Virus record (IMG/VR): IMGVR_UViG_3300025889_000152
Location: 1-54,782 of that record
Direction: 5' to 3' (one strand)
Source: a virus
Lineage: Duplodnaviria; Caudoviricetes
Length of the DNA: 54,782 nt
Shown here: positions 35,684 through 45,231 of the stretch, piece after piece
Numbering within the stretch: position 1 is the first letter of the stretch
Layout of the letters: every line of letters begins with the position of its first letter
Program-made: the position numbers and the translations under genes
The notes under the pieces: model-generated
Databases searched by the model: none
The model's input: the letters and a program-made list of their open reading frames with translations, nothing else
Told to the model about the DNA's origin: nothing

Positions 35684-36167
35684 CGCGGCGCTGTCTAAGT
35701 TTGATTATGTCTGAGCGATCGCCTATGCTGTAGCTGAAAATTTCGGGCGTTCTTTTCTCACGAACGCAACGCACCCATCCGCAGGATGAACAGCTACAGG
35801 CGTACGGCTAACGCAGTCATAGAACTAGCAAAACCCTGGAGCGTCATTTTGCTATTTATAGATTATTGGCTGTCTAAGTTGCGACGCTCGTTTTGCGGCA
35901 ACTAAGCAAGACGCTAGATTTAGCTTTTGCAACAATATTGTACCGAAGCGATCCCATAGCAAGGCGTGAGATAAGTTGCCCGATATTGCATAAGTTCGCA
36001 GAAGCTCATAGAGCGCGATAGCGCGGCGCTGTGCAATATGTTGAGTTGCACGCCTAGCGATCTACTCTAAATTGGCGATCGCCGCCACTGCCAGAAATCC
36101 AAGGGCGATCGCCATATTGATATTGTTCTCCCAGATTAGATAGGCGATCGCAGTCCACAGCAATATT

Positions 36168-36404
36168 TTAATCAGCATCTAATCGAGCCTCAATAGCGGC
36201 GATGCGTATTTCGAGTGCAGTTAAGCGATCGCTTAATTCTGGTTGTTCAGGGCAATCTAAGCCTTTTCGCAAAGCATCAACTATTACCGTATTGATTTTT
36301 AGGTCTGGGCTTGACTGCTGAATTTCTAATATTTTTTCATCAACATCATCGGGAATCCTGATTGATCGGACTGGCATATAGCACCTATTACAACATAGAC
36401 ACAA
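36168..36404 (-). CDS. Ribbon-helix-helix regulator (likely start MPVRSIRIP)
   Basis: RSIRIPDDVDEKI..INTVIVDALRKGL plus coiled coil. Confidence 0.7.
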   Translation of the reverse strand: MCLCCNRCYMPVRSIRIPDDVDEKILEIQQSSPDLKINTVIVDALRKGLDCPEQPELSDRLTALEIRIAAIEARLDAD

Positions 36405-36514
36405 AATACACTACAAACCTATTGACAGCACACATTACATTAGTGTAGTGTCTTTTGTAGTTGCTCCATGAATCAATCCATGAAGCACACCATGAATCAT
36501 TGACTTAATGAACC

Positions 36515-36757
36515 ATGAGCTATTCTCAAGTCCAAGCAGAGATTACGATCGCGCAATTTACAAGCGCTTTTGATATTCCCCGATCTAACTTCCAAAGATG
36601 GCGTGATGCTGTTTATTCGGGCGTGGGTGAATCGCCTTACACCAAAGACGAACTCAGGATCATTATTGAGGAAGGGATTAGGCAAAGCCAAAAAGCTGTT
36701 GGCGCAACCCGTAATCGCAATATTCAAAAACTAAGCAGGATATTAAATCAGTTATGA
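36515..36757 (+). CDS. Putative HTH DNA-binding protein
   Basis: ITIAQFTSAFDIPRSNFQRWR. Confidence 0.55.
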   Translation: MSYSQVQAEITIAQFTSAFDIPRSNFQRWRDAVYSGVGESPYTKDELRIIIEEGIRQSQKAVGATRNRNIQKLSRILNQL

Positions 36758-37245
36758 GCAACTACAAATCCAAAGCCGAGATCAAAGCTGAGCAACAAGC
36801 ACAGCAAGGAAGATCAAGCAATACAGCTACCCTAGACCGCCCCATTACCGAAGAAGTTAAGACGATTTTTCTGGATTCAATGACAGGGGCTTACGATGCT
36901 TGCCATGAAGCTCGAAACAAGGGTATTTCGGCTGGTATCGCTAAGTTTCGTGCTGAAGTTTCTACAGGCGATCGCGATTTTTTCGCAGATTGGGAGATCG
37001 AAGCAGAGCAAATCTTGGAGGCTCGGATCTCGAATTTGAGTGCATTGCCAGAATGCACGGACTCTATTAAGGATTTGGCTTTGGATCTCTCAAATCTTGA
37101 GCAGTATCCCCTAGAATTGCTCCGCGATCGCAATAACTACCTAAATGATTTGCCATCGCTAGACGCGGATCAGGATCATGAATTGGAGGTTCTATACGGC
37201 TTCCTTACAAGCCGTCCAGAAGCGTCTAATCCAGACGTAGCCTAG
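36754..37245 (+). CDS. Hypothetical protein
   Basis: ATGA-coupled to the previous gene. Confidence 0.6.
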   Translation: MSNYKSKAEIKAEQQAQQGRSSNTATLDRPITEEVKTIFLDSMTGAYDACHEARNKGISAGIAKFRAEVSTGDRDFFADWEIEAEQILEARISNLSALPECTDSIKDLALDLSNLEQYPLELLRDRNNYLNDLPSLDADQDHELEVLYGFLTSRPEASNPDVA

Positions 37246-37476
37246 TCTAGCGGCGAATAGACATCATTAGACAATAGACATTATGACCCTTGAAATATTG
37301 GCGCAAGCCGTAATTACAGATGAGTCTTTTCATCTATTTCATTCGTGGGTAACAGCCAAGATTGCCCTTCCTGTAATCAAAGATTTTCTTGCTGATCGGA
37401 AATTACCTTTGTCTGAAACGGAGCAAGACATTGTTAATACCGCATTATTGATTTCTCCTATTGAAAGCTGGGTTCT

Positions 37477-38079
37477 GTGATGCAAACTCTCGAAGAAATA
37501 CTAATGGCGAGGCATTGCCCTAATTTTCAACCAAGGGCAATGCCTCTAGCAAGGGTAGAAACGCCTCAAGTTCTTGAGGCTGAATATATTCCCGTCAACA
37601 GCGCGATCGCCCCTATGCCAGCGCAACAAACCGAATTTGCGGCTTTAGCTCAAAAGCTAGATTCGCATCATAAGTTTGTTGCCGATGGATTTAGTCATTT
37701 GGTGACACAAGGGCAATCTTTTGAAGCTCGACTTACTCAATTAGAGCAGCAAAGGCAATCCGCGCCGATCGCTCAATATCAGCAGCCACAAGCTGACATC
37801 ACCCCCGCGCTATTGGCGATCGCGCAACAGAACCAGCAAACTCAACTTGTGCTGGCGCAAATGGCTCAGTCTATGCAAAAGATTAGCGATCGCCCAACGG
37901 TGGTTAATCATTTTGTGGATAACACAGTGCATAACGATTCCCATGAAGTAATTGTTCACGGAGATAATTACGGGAATATATGCACTGACGGGGTTCAAAG
38001 AAATGGCGCTGGATTCTTGTGGATTTTATTTGGTGTAGTTGGCACAATAATTTTAGGAGCGCAGCTTTATGGCAAATAA
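37477..38079 (+). CDS. Gln-rich protein with C-terminal TM helix
   Basis: FLWILFGVVGTIILGA. Confidence 0.65.
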   Translation: MMQTLEEILMARHCPNFQPRAMPLARVETPQVLEAEYIPVNSAIAPMPAQQTEFAALAQKLDSHHKFVADGFSHLVTQGQSFEARLTQLEQQRQSAPIAQYQQPQADITPALLAIAQQNQQTQLVLAQMAQSMQKISDRPTVVNHFVDNTVHNDSHEVIVHGDNYGNICTDGVQRNGAGFLWILFGVVGTIILGAQLYGK

Positions 38080-38431
38080 TCCACAAGAGCCACAGGAGCC
38101 AAAAGGGTTTTTCTTTGTTTGGTTTCCTGTTATAGGCTTAGTTGCCATGCTTGGCATTGCATCATGGCAAACCAAGGCTATTGACAAGATCATTGCACTT
38201 ACTAAAAGTGCGCCTTCTATGCAGTCAGCTATGGCTACAGGGGAAGGGAGCAAGAAAACCCAATTAATAGGGTGTTACGCCCGTCTTGGGGTTTCCGATC
38301 CTGAGTCGGTAGCGAAATTAAACGCTTTGACTGAAGCCCAAGCAAATGATTTGCTTTACGAATGCAGGAAAGTATTACAAAAGAATTTAGAGCAGGAGAA
38401 CCTCAATGGCAGATCAAATTCGGGAGTTTAA
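38069..38431 (+). CDS. Membrane protein
   Basis: FFFVWFPVIGLVAMLGIASW. Confidence 0.6.
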   Translation: MANNPQEPQEPKGFFFVWFPVIGLVAMLGIASWQTKAIDKIIALTKSAPSMQSAMATGEGSKKTQLIGCYARLGVSDPESVAKLNALTEAQANDLLYECRKVLQKNLEQENLNGRSNSGV

Positions 38432-38732
38432 TAAGCAGTTTAATGAGCAGTGTCAACAAATGGCTGTATCTCAAAAAGTTATGGGTTACGCATCAAAATG
38501 GAGAGAAATAGTCGAACATTTTGTTATCTGGGGTATTGCCCCAATGGTCGGATTTCATTATTTACTTCAATTTTTAAGTTACGTTTTTAACCCTTGGTGG
38601 GCTTCTCACCTAGTCGGGTCTGCTTTTGTAACAGCAATTTGGCTGACAGACAGACTTCGTGCTGGCAATTTCGTTATTTTTAAACGGATTGCACACCTCG
38701 CTACTGCCTATATCTTGATTGCATTTCGGTGA
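38406..38732 (+). CDS. Multi-pass membrane protein
   Basis: Several hydrophobic segments; coupled to the FtsK gene. Confidence 0.6.
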   Translation: MADQIREFNKQFNEQCQQMAVSQKVMGYASKWREIVEHFVIWGIAPMVGFHYLLQFLSYVFNPWWASHLVGSAFVTAIWLTDRLRAGNFVIFKRIAHLATAYILIAFR

Positions 38733-40156
38733 TAATTATGGACTTTTCAACTGTCGACACATCCAAATTCAATGAAGTGCAAAGACAGCTATGGGGAATG
38801 CACTTTGGGAAACCGCGATCGCCTAAAGTTTCTACTCAAGAGCCACAGCGATCGCCTTTTTCTGGCATTCAATTAGCACAACCTCAGACAGCTAAACATC
38901 CTATTACTCAAGCTCTAGCCGATATTGGCATAGGTGCTGAATGGATAGGGCAGAAAGAAAGCCCTTCATTCATTCGGCACTTAATTAAGCCATGCGCAGG
39001 GGTAAAAGTGGCAACTATACTCAAAGCTGTTGAAGACTTGCAAATGGCTTTGATGCTTGATGTACCGCCCTTAGTATGCGTTAAGCATGGCGCGATCGCC
39101 ATTGACTTACCGCGTCAAGATCGGCAAGCTGCAATGTTCTCTGATTTTTGGCAACCTTCCAAGAAATTAGAGGGTGCGATCGGGGTAAATATTGACGGAA
39201 AGTTAATTAAGGTTGATTTACGCAACCCCGATACTTGCCATTTTTTAGTTGGTGGGATGACTGGATCTGGTAAGTCGGTGTGGCTGCAAAGCTTCTACCT
39301 AAGTCTTGCTTTAGCCCACAGCCCCGATATGTTTCAGGCGATTATCTGCGATCCTAAGCGGGTGAGTTTTCCTATGATGCGCGAGTCTGCTCACCTAAGA
39401 ATGCCAATTATCTATGATGCCGAAAAAGCGGAGCCTGTACTAGCCGATTTAATCAATATCATGGAATATCGGTATGGATTGTTGGAGCAGTCCAATTGCC
39501 AAGATATTGCCGAATACAGCAAAAAAACAGGCAATTCTGAACCCACAATTCTATTCATTTGCGATGAGTTTGCAGACTTATTAGATGCTGCGGAAGATCG
39601 GAAAGGATGTGAAACTAAGTTGGTCAGATTAGCTCAAAAAGCAAGGGCGGCTGGCATCAATCTATGTCTTGGCACACAGCGCCCAGATCGTGATGTAGTA
39701 ACGCCTCGACTGCGTTCTAATCTGGTTGTCAGAATTGCTTTACGGGTTAAATCTATTCAGGATTCCGACATTATTTTAGGCGGCGGCGACAAGGCTATAA
39801 ATGCTACTTCATTGCTTGGTAAAGGAGATCTGTACTACGAGGGCGATCGCTTACAAGCTTTACTGCCAACCGAATCAGATTTTGCAATGTTGCCAAAGAA
39901 AGCATTAGCGATCGCCCCTGCAACTATTGATATTGAGTCTGAGGCTGTGAGCGATGATATTGAATCAGAATTGATTCAGGTATTAAGCGAACTTTCTCAA
40001 AAGAAAGGATGGCTTACCGCTTCTACTGTGAAGCAATTTAGCCGCCAATTTAAGAATGTTTCTCCCGATCAAATTAGGCAAATGTTTTTGTACATGGCAG
40101 CTAAAGGAATTGGTAAAACCCAAAAAGCTGATAGCGCTTTGGAGTGGTCAATATGA
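38729..40156 (+). CDS. FtsK/SpoIIIE family DNA translocase ATPase
   Basis: HFLVGGMTGSGKS, ICDPK, ICDEFADL, AQKARAAGI, GTQRP, LLGKGD. Confidence 0.92.
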   Translation: MIIMDFSTVDTSKFNEVQRQLWGMHFGKPRSPKVSTQEPQRSPFSGIQLAQPQTAKHPITQALADIGIGAEWIGQKESPSFIRHLIKPCAGVKVATILKAVEDLQMALMLDVPPLVCVKHGAIAIDLPRQDRQAAMFSDFWQPSKKLEGAIGVNIDGKLIKVDLRNPDTCHFLVGGMTGSGKSVWLQSFYLSLALAHSPDMFQAIICDPKRVSFPMMRESAHLRMPIIYDAEKAEPVLADLINIMEYRYGLLEQSNCQDIAEYSKKTGNSEPTILFICDEFADLLDAAEDRKGCETKLVRLAQKARAAGINLCLGTQRPDRDVVTPRLRSNLVVRIALRVKSIQDSDIILGGGDKAINATSLLGKGDLYYEGDRLQALLPTESDFAMLPKKALAIAPATIDIESEAVSDDIESELIQVLSELSQKKGWLTASTVKQFSRQFKNVSPDQIRQMFLYMAAKGIGKTQKADSALEWSI

Positions 40157-41326
40157 GGCGATCGCACAGCCCTATGTTTGCTTTTCTGATATTTGCGATC
40201 ATGTTTGTGTGGTTCTATTTTGTGACCGACATGGGCAAGCGAACTGTTGATGAACCTAGAAATATTATGGAGAAAAGACAATGAAAGCAAGCTATGAAAC
40301 TCAATTGGAAATTTCTTATATCAACAATCGACCTATCCCCGAAGGTCAGATTAGTGATAACGCTCTTGTTTTCTGGGGTTTTCTATTTTTCCTGTTCACT
40401 GGTTCTCTTTTTGCAATACTTGGAGGCGATCGCTGATGTCATCAACCTTTGAACTAGGCTACCCCCTCAACACCCTCAATTATCACCTTGTGCTGCTACT
40501 GCACTTAGGAGATGAAGCGATCGCAGGAATGATTCTTTATGTATGGGATGTGTGGCAATGAAACCTCAAATTATTTACGATGGCAAATCCCTTGACGGCG
40601 ATCGCCCCTCAACATTCAGCCAAGATTGTCGGCAACTAGCGCGAACAACTGCCATAGCGTCAACTGTCGCGATCGCCTTGCCCTTGGGTGTAGTAGCGGC
40701 GGTTGTGTACGGTATTTCAGAAGCTGTTCACGCTGCAAAGGAGCTTGAAGGATGAAAGGATTCGCAAAGATTTATGAAGTTCCCCTTGGGGCTTTCATTA
40801 TGATTGATGGAAAACCAGTAAAGTGTAAGTCGCGTTGCAAAATAGGCGATCGCGTCTATTTCAATGGCGAAGAAATTTTTGATGCTCTTGACGCTGTGAC
40901 TGAATGGTGGCAATAGATGAGTAAAAAGCCGCGCCGCGATCTCGCAACTAAAGAAGATTGTGCTGAGATTTACCGATTAGCACAGATTCTCGGCAAGAGG
41001 TGCAAAGCCAGTAATATTGATGCAAGCAAAATCCCAATTACTTGCAAAAAGGTAATCGAATCACACTATATTTTGGCTGATGATGGTAGCTACATTAGAA
41101 GGTATGGAGGCAAGAAATACCATGATATCTAAAATCCACGCTGACATGATCGCAGGGCATAAAGCGGCGATCGCTGCCCTAGAGCAATCAATAGCAGCAA
41201 GAGAAGCCAATGCAACTTCAAGCTATTATGGCGTATTGCCGTTTACCGCAATCAGCACAATTCATCAAACTGAATTGAAGCAACTTGAACAACTCAACAC
41301 TGAACTAAGGAACATGGAGGCAATAT

Positions 41327-41659
41327 ATGGGAAAGCATAACCCTGATTACATCAACAATTTGAATGCTTACGATGCGTGGCTTTATTGCAACAAGAATAT
41401 TGCTGAAGCTGCTAAATATATCGGCGTTACCCAATCGGAAATCAAGGCGGCGATCGCATGGGTGAAGCAAATTCCAGTCACTTCCCAAAATGAATTTGAT
41501 CCTGAAACGGGTCGTGTCATTCTCAAAAACCCTGCTCACAGGGAAGAATATAATCGGTTGGTTCGATATCGAAGTGAGGCTGTGGCGTACAATTATGCAA
41601 GGTGCGTCACGCTTAATCTAGGTAGGGGTGCGTCACACCATTCAGATAGAAAAAGGTAG
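41327..41659 (+). CDS. Putative HTH protein
   Basis: NIAEAAKYIGVTQSEI. Confidence 0.5.
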   Translation: MGKHNPDYINNLNAYDAWLYCNKNIAEAAKYIGVTQSEIKAAIAWVKQIPVTSQNEFDPETGRVILKNPAHREEYNRLVRYRSEAVAYNYARCVTLNLGRGASHHSDRKR

Positions 41660-41852
41660 CTATGCAATATTTGTTTTTTCTTTTGCAAGCGGCGATCGCC
41701 TATACTTCCAAGCTTTATCTTGGGCTAAAGAGGGCTGTTTGCTTTCGCCTATGGAAACGGAACCGCGATCGCCTAACACTAGAACAATTTCTGCAAAGCC
41801 TTGAATTGGAATATTATGAAGCGTTTATTGAAGATTTATATAGAGGTGAAAA

Positions 41853-42236
41853 ATGACTGCATCAAAGGAAGACTGCACCGCTTTTGAATTGGCTAATGAG
41901 CAAAATCGCCAAATTCAAGAGCGCGATCGCGAGATTGAAGAACTTCAAGCCTCTCTCAGGAACCATCATGAGCAGTTTGATAATCTTCGGCTTGGGGCTG
42001 AAGTGACGTACAAGGCGATCGCTATGATGCTTGAAGCCCTGAAAGGCGATCGCAAGCCCGATGAAATTAGGGATGTTGATGGCGTGATGGTGAAATTTAG
42101 AAATTATGATGATACTCTTACTCATCATCAGAAAAATATAATCATCGGCAATATCCAACGGGCGATCGGCAATGAGTCCAGCAAGCTCAAGGGGCGCAAG
42201 CTGATTGACATTTCCTATGATGAGCAACCCTTCTAA
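41853..42236 (+). CDS. Coiled-coil hypothetical protein
   Basis: 127 aa, coupled in operon. Confidence 0.55.
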   Translation: MTASKEDCTAFELANEQNRQIQERDREIEELQASLRNHHEQFDNLRLGAEVTYKAIAMMLEALKGDRKPDEIRDVDGVMVKFRNYDDTLTHHQKNIIIGNIQRAIGNESSKLKGRKLIDISYDEQPF

Positions 42237-42574
42237 TGGCTTCTCAATTAGAAATAACTTTTGCTCAACTCTGGGTAGCCTACTATCCAGAGATTGACTT
42301 ACATAGTGAGTGGCGCTTCGCACCGCCTAGAAGATTCCGCTTTGACTTTGCACATCTGCCTAGCAAGATAGCGATCGAGTTGCAGGGCGGGATCTTTAGC
42401 CCCAATACTAGGCACATTAACGGGGCGGCGCTGCTTAAGGAACATGAGAAGCTAAACCTAGCAGCATCTCTAGGCTGGCGCATATTCTACATCTCAATCA
42501 AGACGGTTGACGACATTGCTATATATGAGCAGATTGCACAAGCGATCGCCAACTCATCGCCAGAAAAAACATAG
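42236..42574 (+). CDS. PD-(D/E)XK endonuclease (DUF559/Vsr-like)
   Basis: EWRFAPPRRFRFDFA..IAIELQGG..EKLNLAASLGWRI. Confidence 0.8.
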   Translation: MASQLEITFAQLWVAYYPEIDLHSEWRFAPPRRFRFDFAHLPSKIAIELQGGIFSPNTRHINGAALLKEHEKLNLAASLGWRIFYISIKTVDDIAIYEQIAQAIANSSPEKT

Positions 42575-42638
42575 GGGGGTTCCCCAAAACGAAACCCTTG
42601 TATATATTCTTGAGAGGGAGAAATATTTTTGTAGAATT
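42564..42638 (+). repeat. Dispersed ~75-bp element, copy 4 (overlaps nuclease stop)
   Basis: AAAAAACATAGGGGGGTTCCCCAAAA...TGTATATATTCTTGAGAGGGAGAAATATTTTTGTAGAATT. Confidence 0.95.
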
Positions 42639-42681
42639 ATGTGATGATATATCAGTCTCCATCGATTTCCCCTCTATAGTT

Positions 42682-42726
42682 AAGCGATCGCCTGTCACTC
42701 TCTACAGATAGGCGATCGCTTTTGTT
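42682..42726. terminator. HIP1-based hairpin terminator
   Basis: AAGCGATCGCCTGT...ATAGGCGATCGCTTTTT. Confidence 0.7.
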
Positions 42727-44773
42727 ATTCCCTAATATTTGGATTTGCTTTAGCGTCTCTTGGAGCGGGTTCACCTTTTAGCACTGTGTCTAAAGTTGGT
42801 TTAGCTCTGCTGACTGATGGCTGCCAATTTTTAGGAGAGTCAAGATATTTCATCAGGGCTAGTTTCAACATTTCAGCATCAGGACTGCCGACTGATGCAA
42901 GTTTGCTGTAAGCCGTCATCAGGCGATTGGGATCGATTGGTAAACTTGAGCCTATACCATCTGCCGCATCCTCGGACATTGGTTGCGACAAATAGGTTCC
43001 TACCATTTGAAGATTAACCGTGTCGCCTGATCGTTCTAACACATCCTCAATCGATACATCTACAGGTAGATTTCCTGCTGTTCCCAAGATTTGCAAGGCA
43101 GTGGTCTTATCCACGATATCTTTCAAAACCATGTCCGAAACAGCTTTCATCAAATCAGGATTAGGATTAAACGGCGCACGTCCTGCACTAGCCGCTTTAG
43201 CCTCCTCTGCTATGAGTTCACTTTCTCTTGCAGTTGAATACCATTCAGGCAACAGTCCGTAATCCTTCAAAAGATTCTTGAAAGTTTGACCTGAAATTAG
43301 ACCATCGCCTTGCAGTTGACGGAAGAAGCTGAATGTATTTGGATCGCCTGACTTGCGATCGATTTGAGGATTAAGGATGATATAGCCTGATAGCCCACCT
43401 TCATCTAAGAAGTGTCCAGTTGCTTCTAGAACGTGCTTTATGCAATCGCAGAAATTTCTACAGGCTAGGTCTAGGGTTGAGTCGATGGTTAGTAGTTGGG
43501 CAGTCGTGGTAAATGCTGCTTGGCGATCGCTGGGAGTTTTGAGATATTCAGTTTCCATGAAACCGATATCTCGTTTAATCTTGTCGATTTTCCCCTCGGT
43601 GAAGGAGAGGGTGACGGGTGAAGGGATTAGCCAATAGGGTTTAGTGCCTGATGGCGTATTAAGCACTTTGCCAGGCGAAATAATAATATCGTCAATGACC
43701 TGACCGTTAGGATTATCGATCGCCAATACAGGCACATTACAAAGGTGATGGATATATTCAAGGTCAGACTCATTGTTATAAAGCTTCAGATTAAGCTCTG
43801 CGAGAGCTTTTAGACTTGGTTCGGACTCGCCAAATTTAATAAAGTTGCCAGTATGAACCATGTATAAGGGGATTTCGCCTATGGATATTTCCCCCTCCTC
43901 GATGATTTCAAAATCGGCGATCGTGCGATTATTCTCAAATTTAGCTACACTTTCGCGCACTTCCTTTGGCATATCCTCAAACTTTGCGTCCTGTTTGAGC
44001 CTGAATAATTGGTATGTGACATACCTTGGAGCCGATGGGTTTTCAGGATCGCCAAATAACTTAAATACGCGATAATGCTCAACTTCAATTTCGCCAAAAT
44101 CGCTGTTAGGGTCGGCGGCGATCGCATACTCTCTGACGGTTGCCTGTACTAAAGTATCATGACCATTAATTTTGATCGTGCGCCAATTCAGTACATTTGA
44201 CGCTTCAATCGCGATCCAGTATGGGCGGCGTTGGTCTGCTGCTTCGCGATACTCTGCCAAATTTGTAGCGGGTTGGATATTTGCGTAGTCAACCATGATA
44301 TAGGTATGACCATCCCTGAGCGCTTCCTTGAACCGTGAGAATAGAAACAAGTCTCCATCAGTATGATCACCGTCAATGTTTTCCCATAGCGGCGCGAATC
44401 CCGTTTGTAGGGTTTCTTCTGGACTATGCCATAGAGCAAAGGGCATATCCATTTTCTCTAACCCATTGCTAAAAGATAGTGTCGTAAACCTTTCGATCGC
44501 TTGCCCAAATTTGTTGTCATATGGCGATCGCGCAAGCCTCTTTTCGTAATCGTCTTTTTCCTCACCATTGGACTTAATTAAGTATTTTTCGGCTTCCCTT
44601 GTATAGCGGATAGTGCCATCTTCGTTATACTTTAACCATGAGCCAGTCGCGATCGCCTTCAACCGTTTCCAAAGGGGGGCTTGATGGAGATAGGCAATAT
44701 TCTTATAGCTAGGTAAATCTTTATTCTGTGGGCTTTCGGTGAAACTGAGTGATGATGAGATATTGGATGCCAT
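42725..44773 (-). CDS. Portal protein (DUF4055-like)
   Basis: KYLIKSNGEEKDDYEKRLARS, WENIDG, GHTYIMVD, RPYW..NVLNWR, LAELNLKLYNNESD..LCNVP; start at 44773 or 44785. Confidence 0.85.
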   Translation of the reverse strand: MASNISSSLSFTESPQNKDLPSYKNIAYLHQAPLWKRLKAIATGSWLKYNEDGTIRYTREAEKYLIKSNGEEKDDYEKRLARSPYDNKFGQAIERFTTLSFSNGLEKMDMPFALWHSPEETLQTGFAPLWENIDGDHTDGDLFLFSRFKEALRDGHTYIMVDYANIQPATNLAEYREAADQRRPYWIAIEASNVLNWRTIKINGHDTLVQATVREYAIAADPNSDFGEIEVEHYRVFKLFGDPENPSAPRYVTYQLFRLKQDAKFEDMPKEVRESVAKFENNRTIADFEIIEEGEISIGEIPLYMVHTGNFIKFGESEPSLKALAELNLKLYNNESDLEYIHHLCNVPVLAIDNPNGQVIDDIIISPGKVLNTPSGTKPYWLIPSPVTLSFTEGKIDKIKRDIGFMETEYLKTPSDRQAAFTTTAQLLTIDSTLDLACRNFCDCIKHVLEATGHFLDEGGLSGYIILNPQIDRKSGDPNTFSFFRQLQGDGLISGQTFKNLLKDYGLLPEWYSTARESELIAEEAKAASAGRAPFNPNPDLMKAVSDMVLKDIVDKTTALQILGTAGNLPVDVSIEDVLERSGDTVNLQMVGTYLSQPMSEDAADGIGSSLPIDPNRLMTAYSKLASVGSPDAEMLKLALMKYLDSPKNWQPSVSRAKPTLDTVLKGEPAPRDAKANPNIRE

Positions 44774-45146
44774 GACAAAACCCATTAAAACGGGGAGAGA
44801 TGCTACTAAGCATAATCTTACACCTCAACGCAAGGAGATTATAGAAAGGGCGGCTAGGGCTGGCTGTTCCTTAAAGCAGATTGCTTGTTTATTGGGTCTA
44901 AGTAAGAGGACTTTGGAAGAGTGGATCACTCGTCCTGATGTGGAAGATGTTTATCAAGCGGCGAAAATGAATGCGATTTTGAATGTGGCGGATATGTTAT
45001 ATAATCTCGCACTTGCAGGAGACCTTAACGCGCAAATATTTTATTTACGATGTCAGGCTGGCTGGCGCGTGGCTACTAATGATGTCGTTCAGGCTGACGT
45101 GGAGGATCAAGTGACAATTTATTTGCCCGAAAATGGTAGGGACTAA
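44739..45146 (+). CDS. terS: Terminase small subunit
   Basis: HTH (GCSLKQIACLLGLSKRTLEEW), VADMLYNLA..AQIFYLRCQAGW, C-terminal VTIYLPENGRD. Confidence 0.75.
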   Translation: MKLSDDEILDAMTKPIKTGRDATKHNLTPQRKEIIERAARAGCSLKQIACLLGLSKRTLEEWITRPDVEDVYQAAKMNAILNVADMLYNLALAGDLNAQIFYLRCQAGWRVATNDVVQADVEDQVTIYLPENGRD

Positions 45147-45231
45147 GGGTTTCAGGGTATAATAATAAAATACTCCCGCGTGTTTACGAGACACCGAGAG
45201 CGTGAGTCAACCTAGTATCAGTAGGCAAACT

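Noticed and set aside
3066-42638. 75-bp elements as late promoters or terminators
   Set aside because: Orientation relative to neighbouring genes is inconsistent, and distinct terminator hairpins lie next to copies 1 and 4
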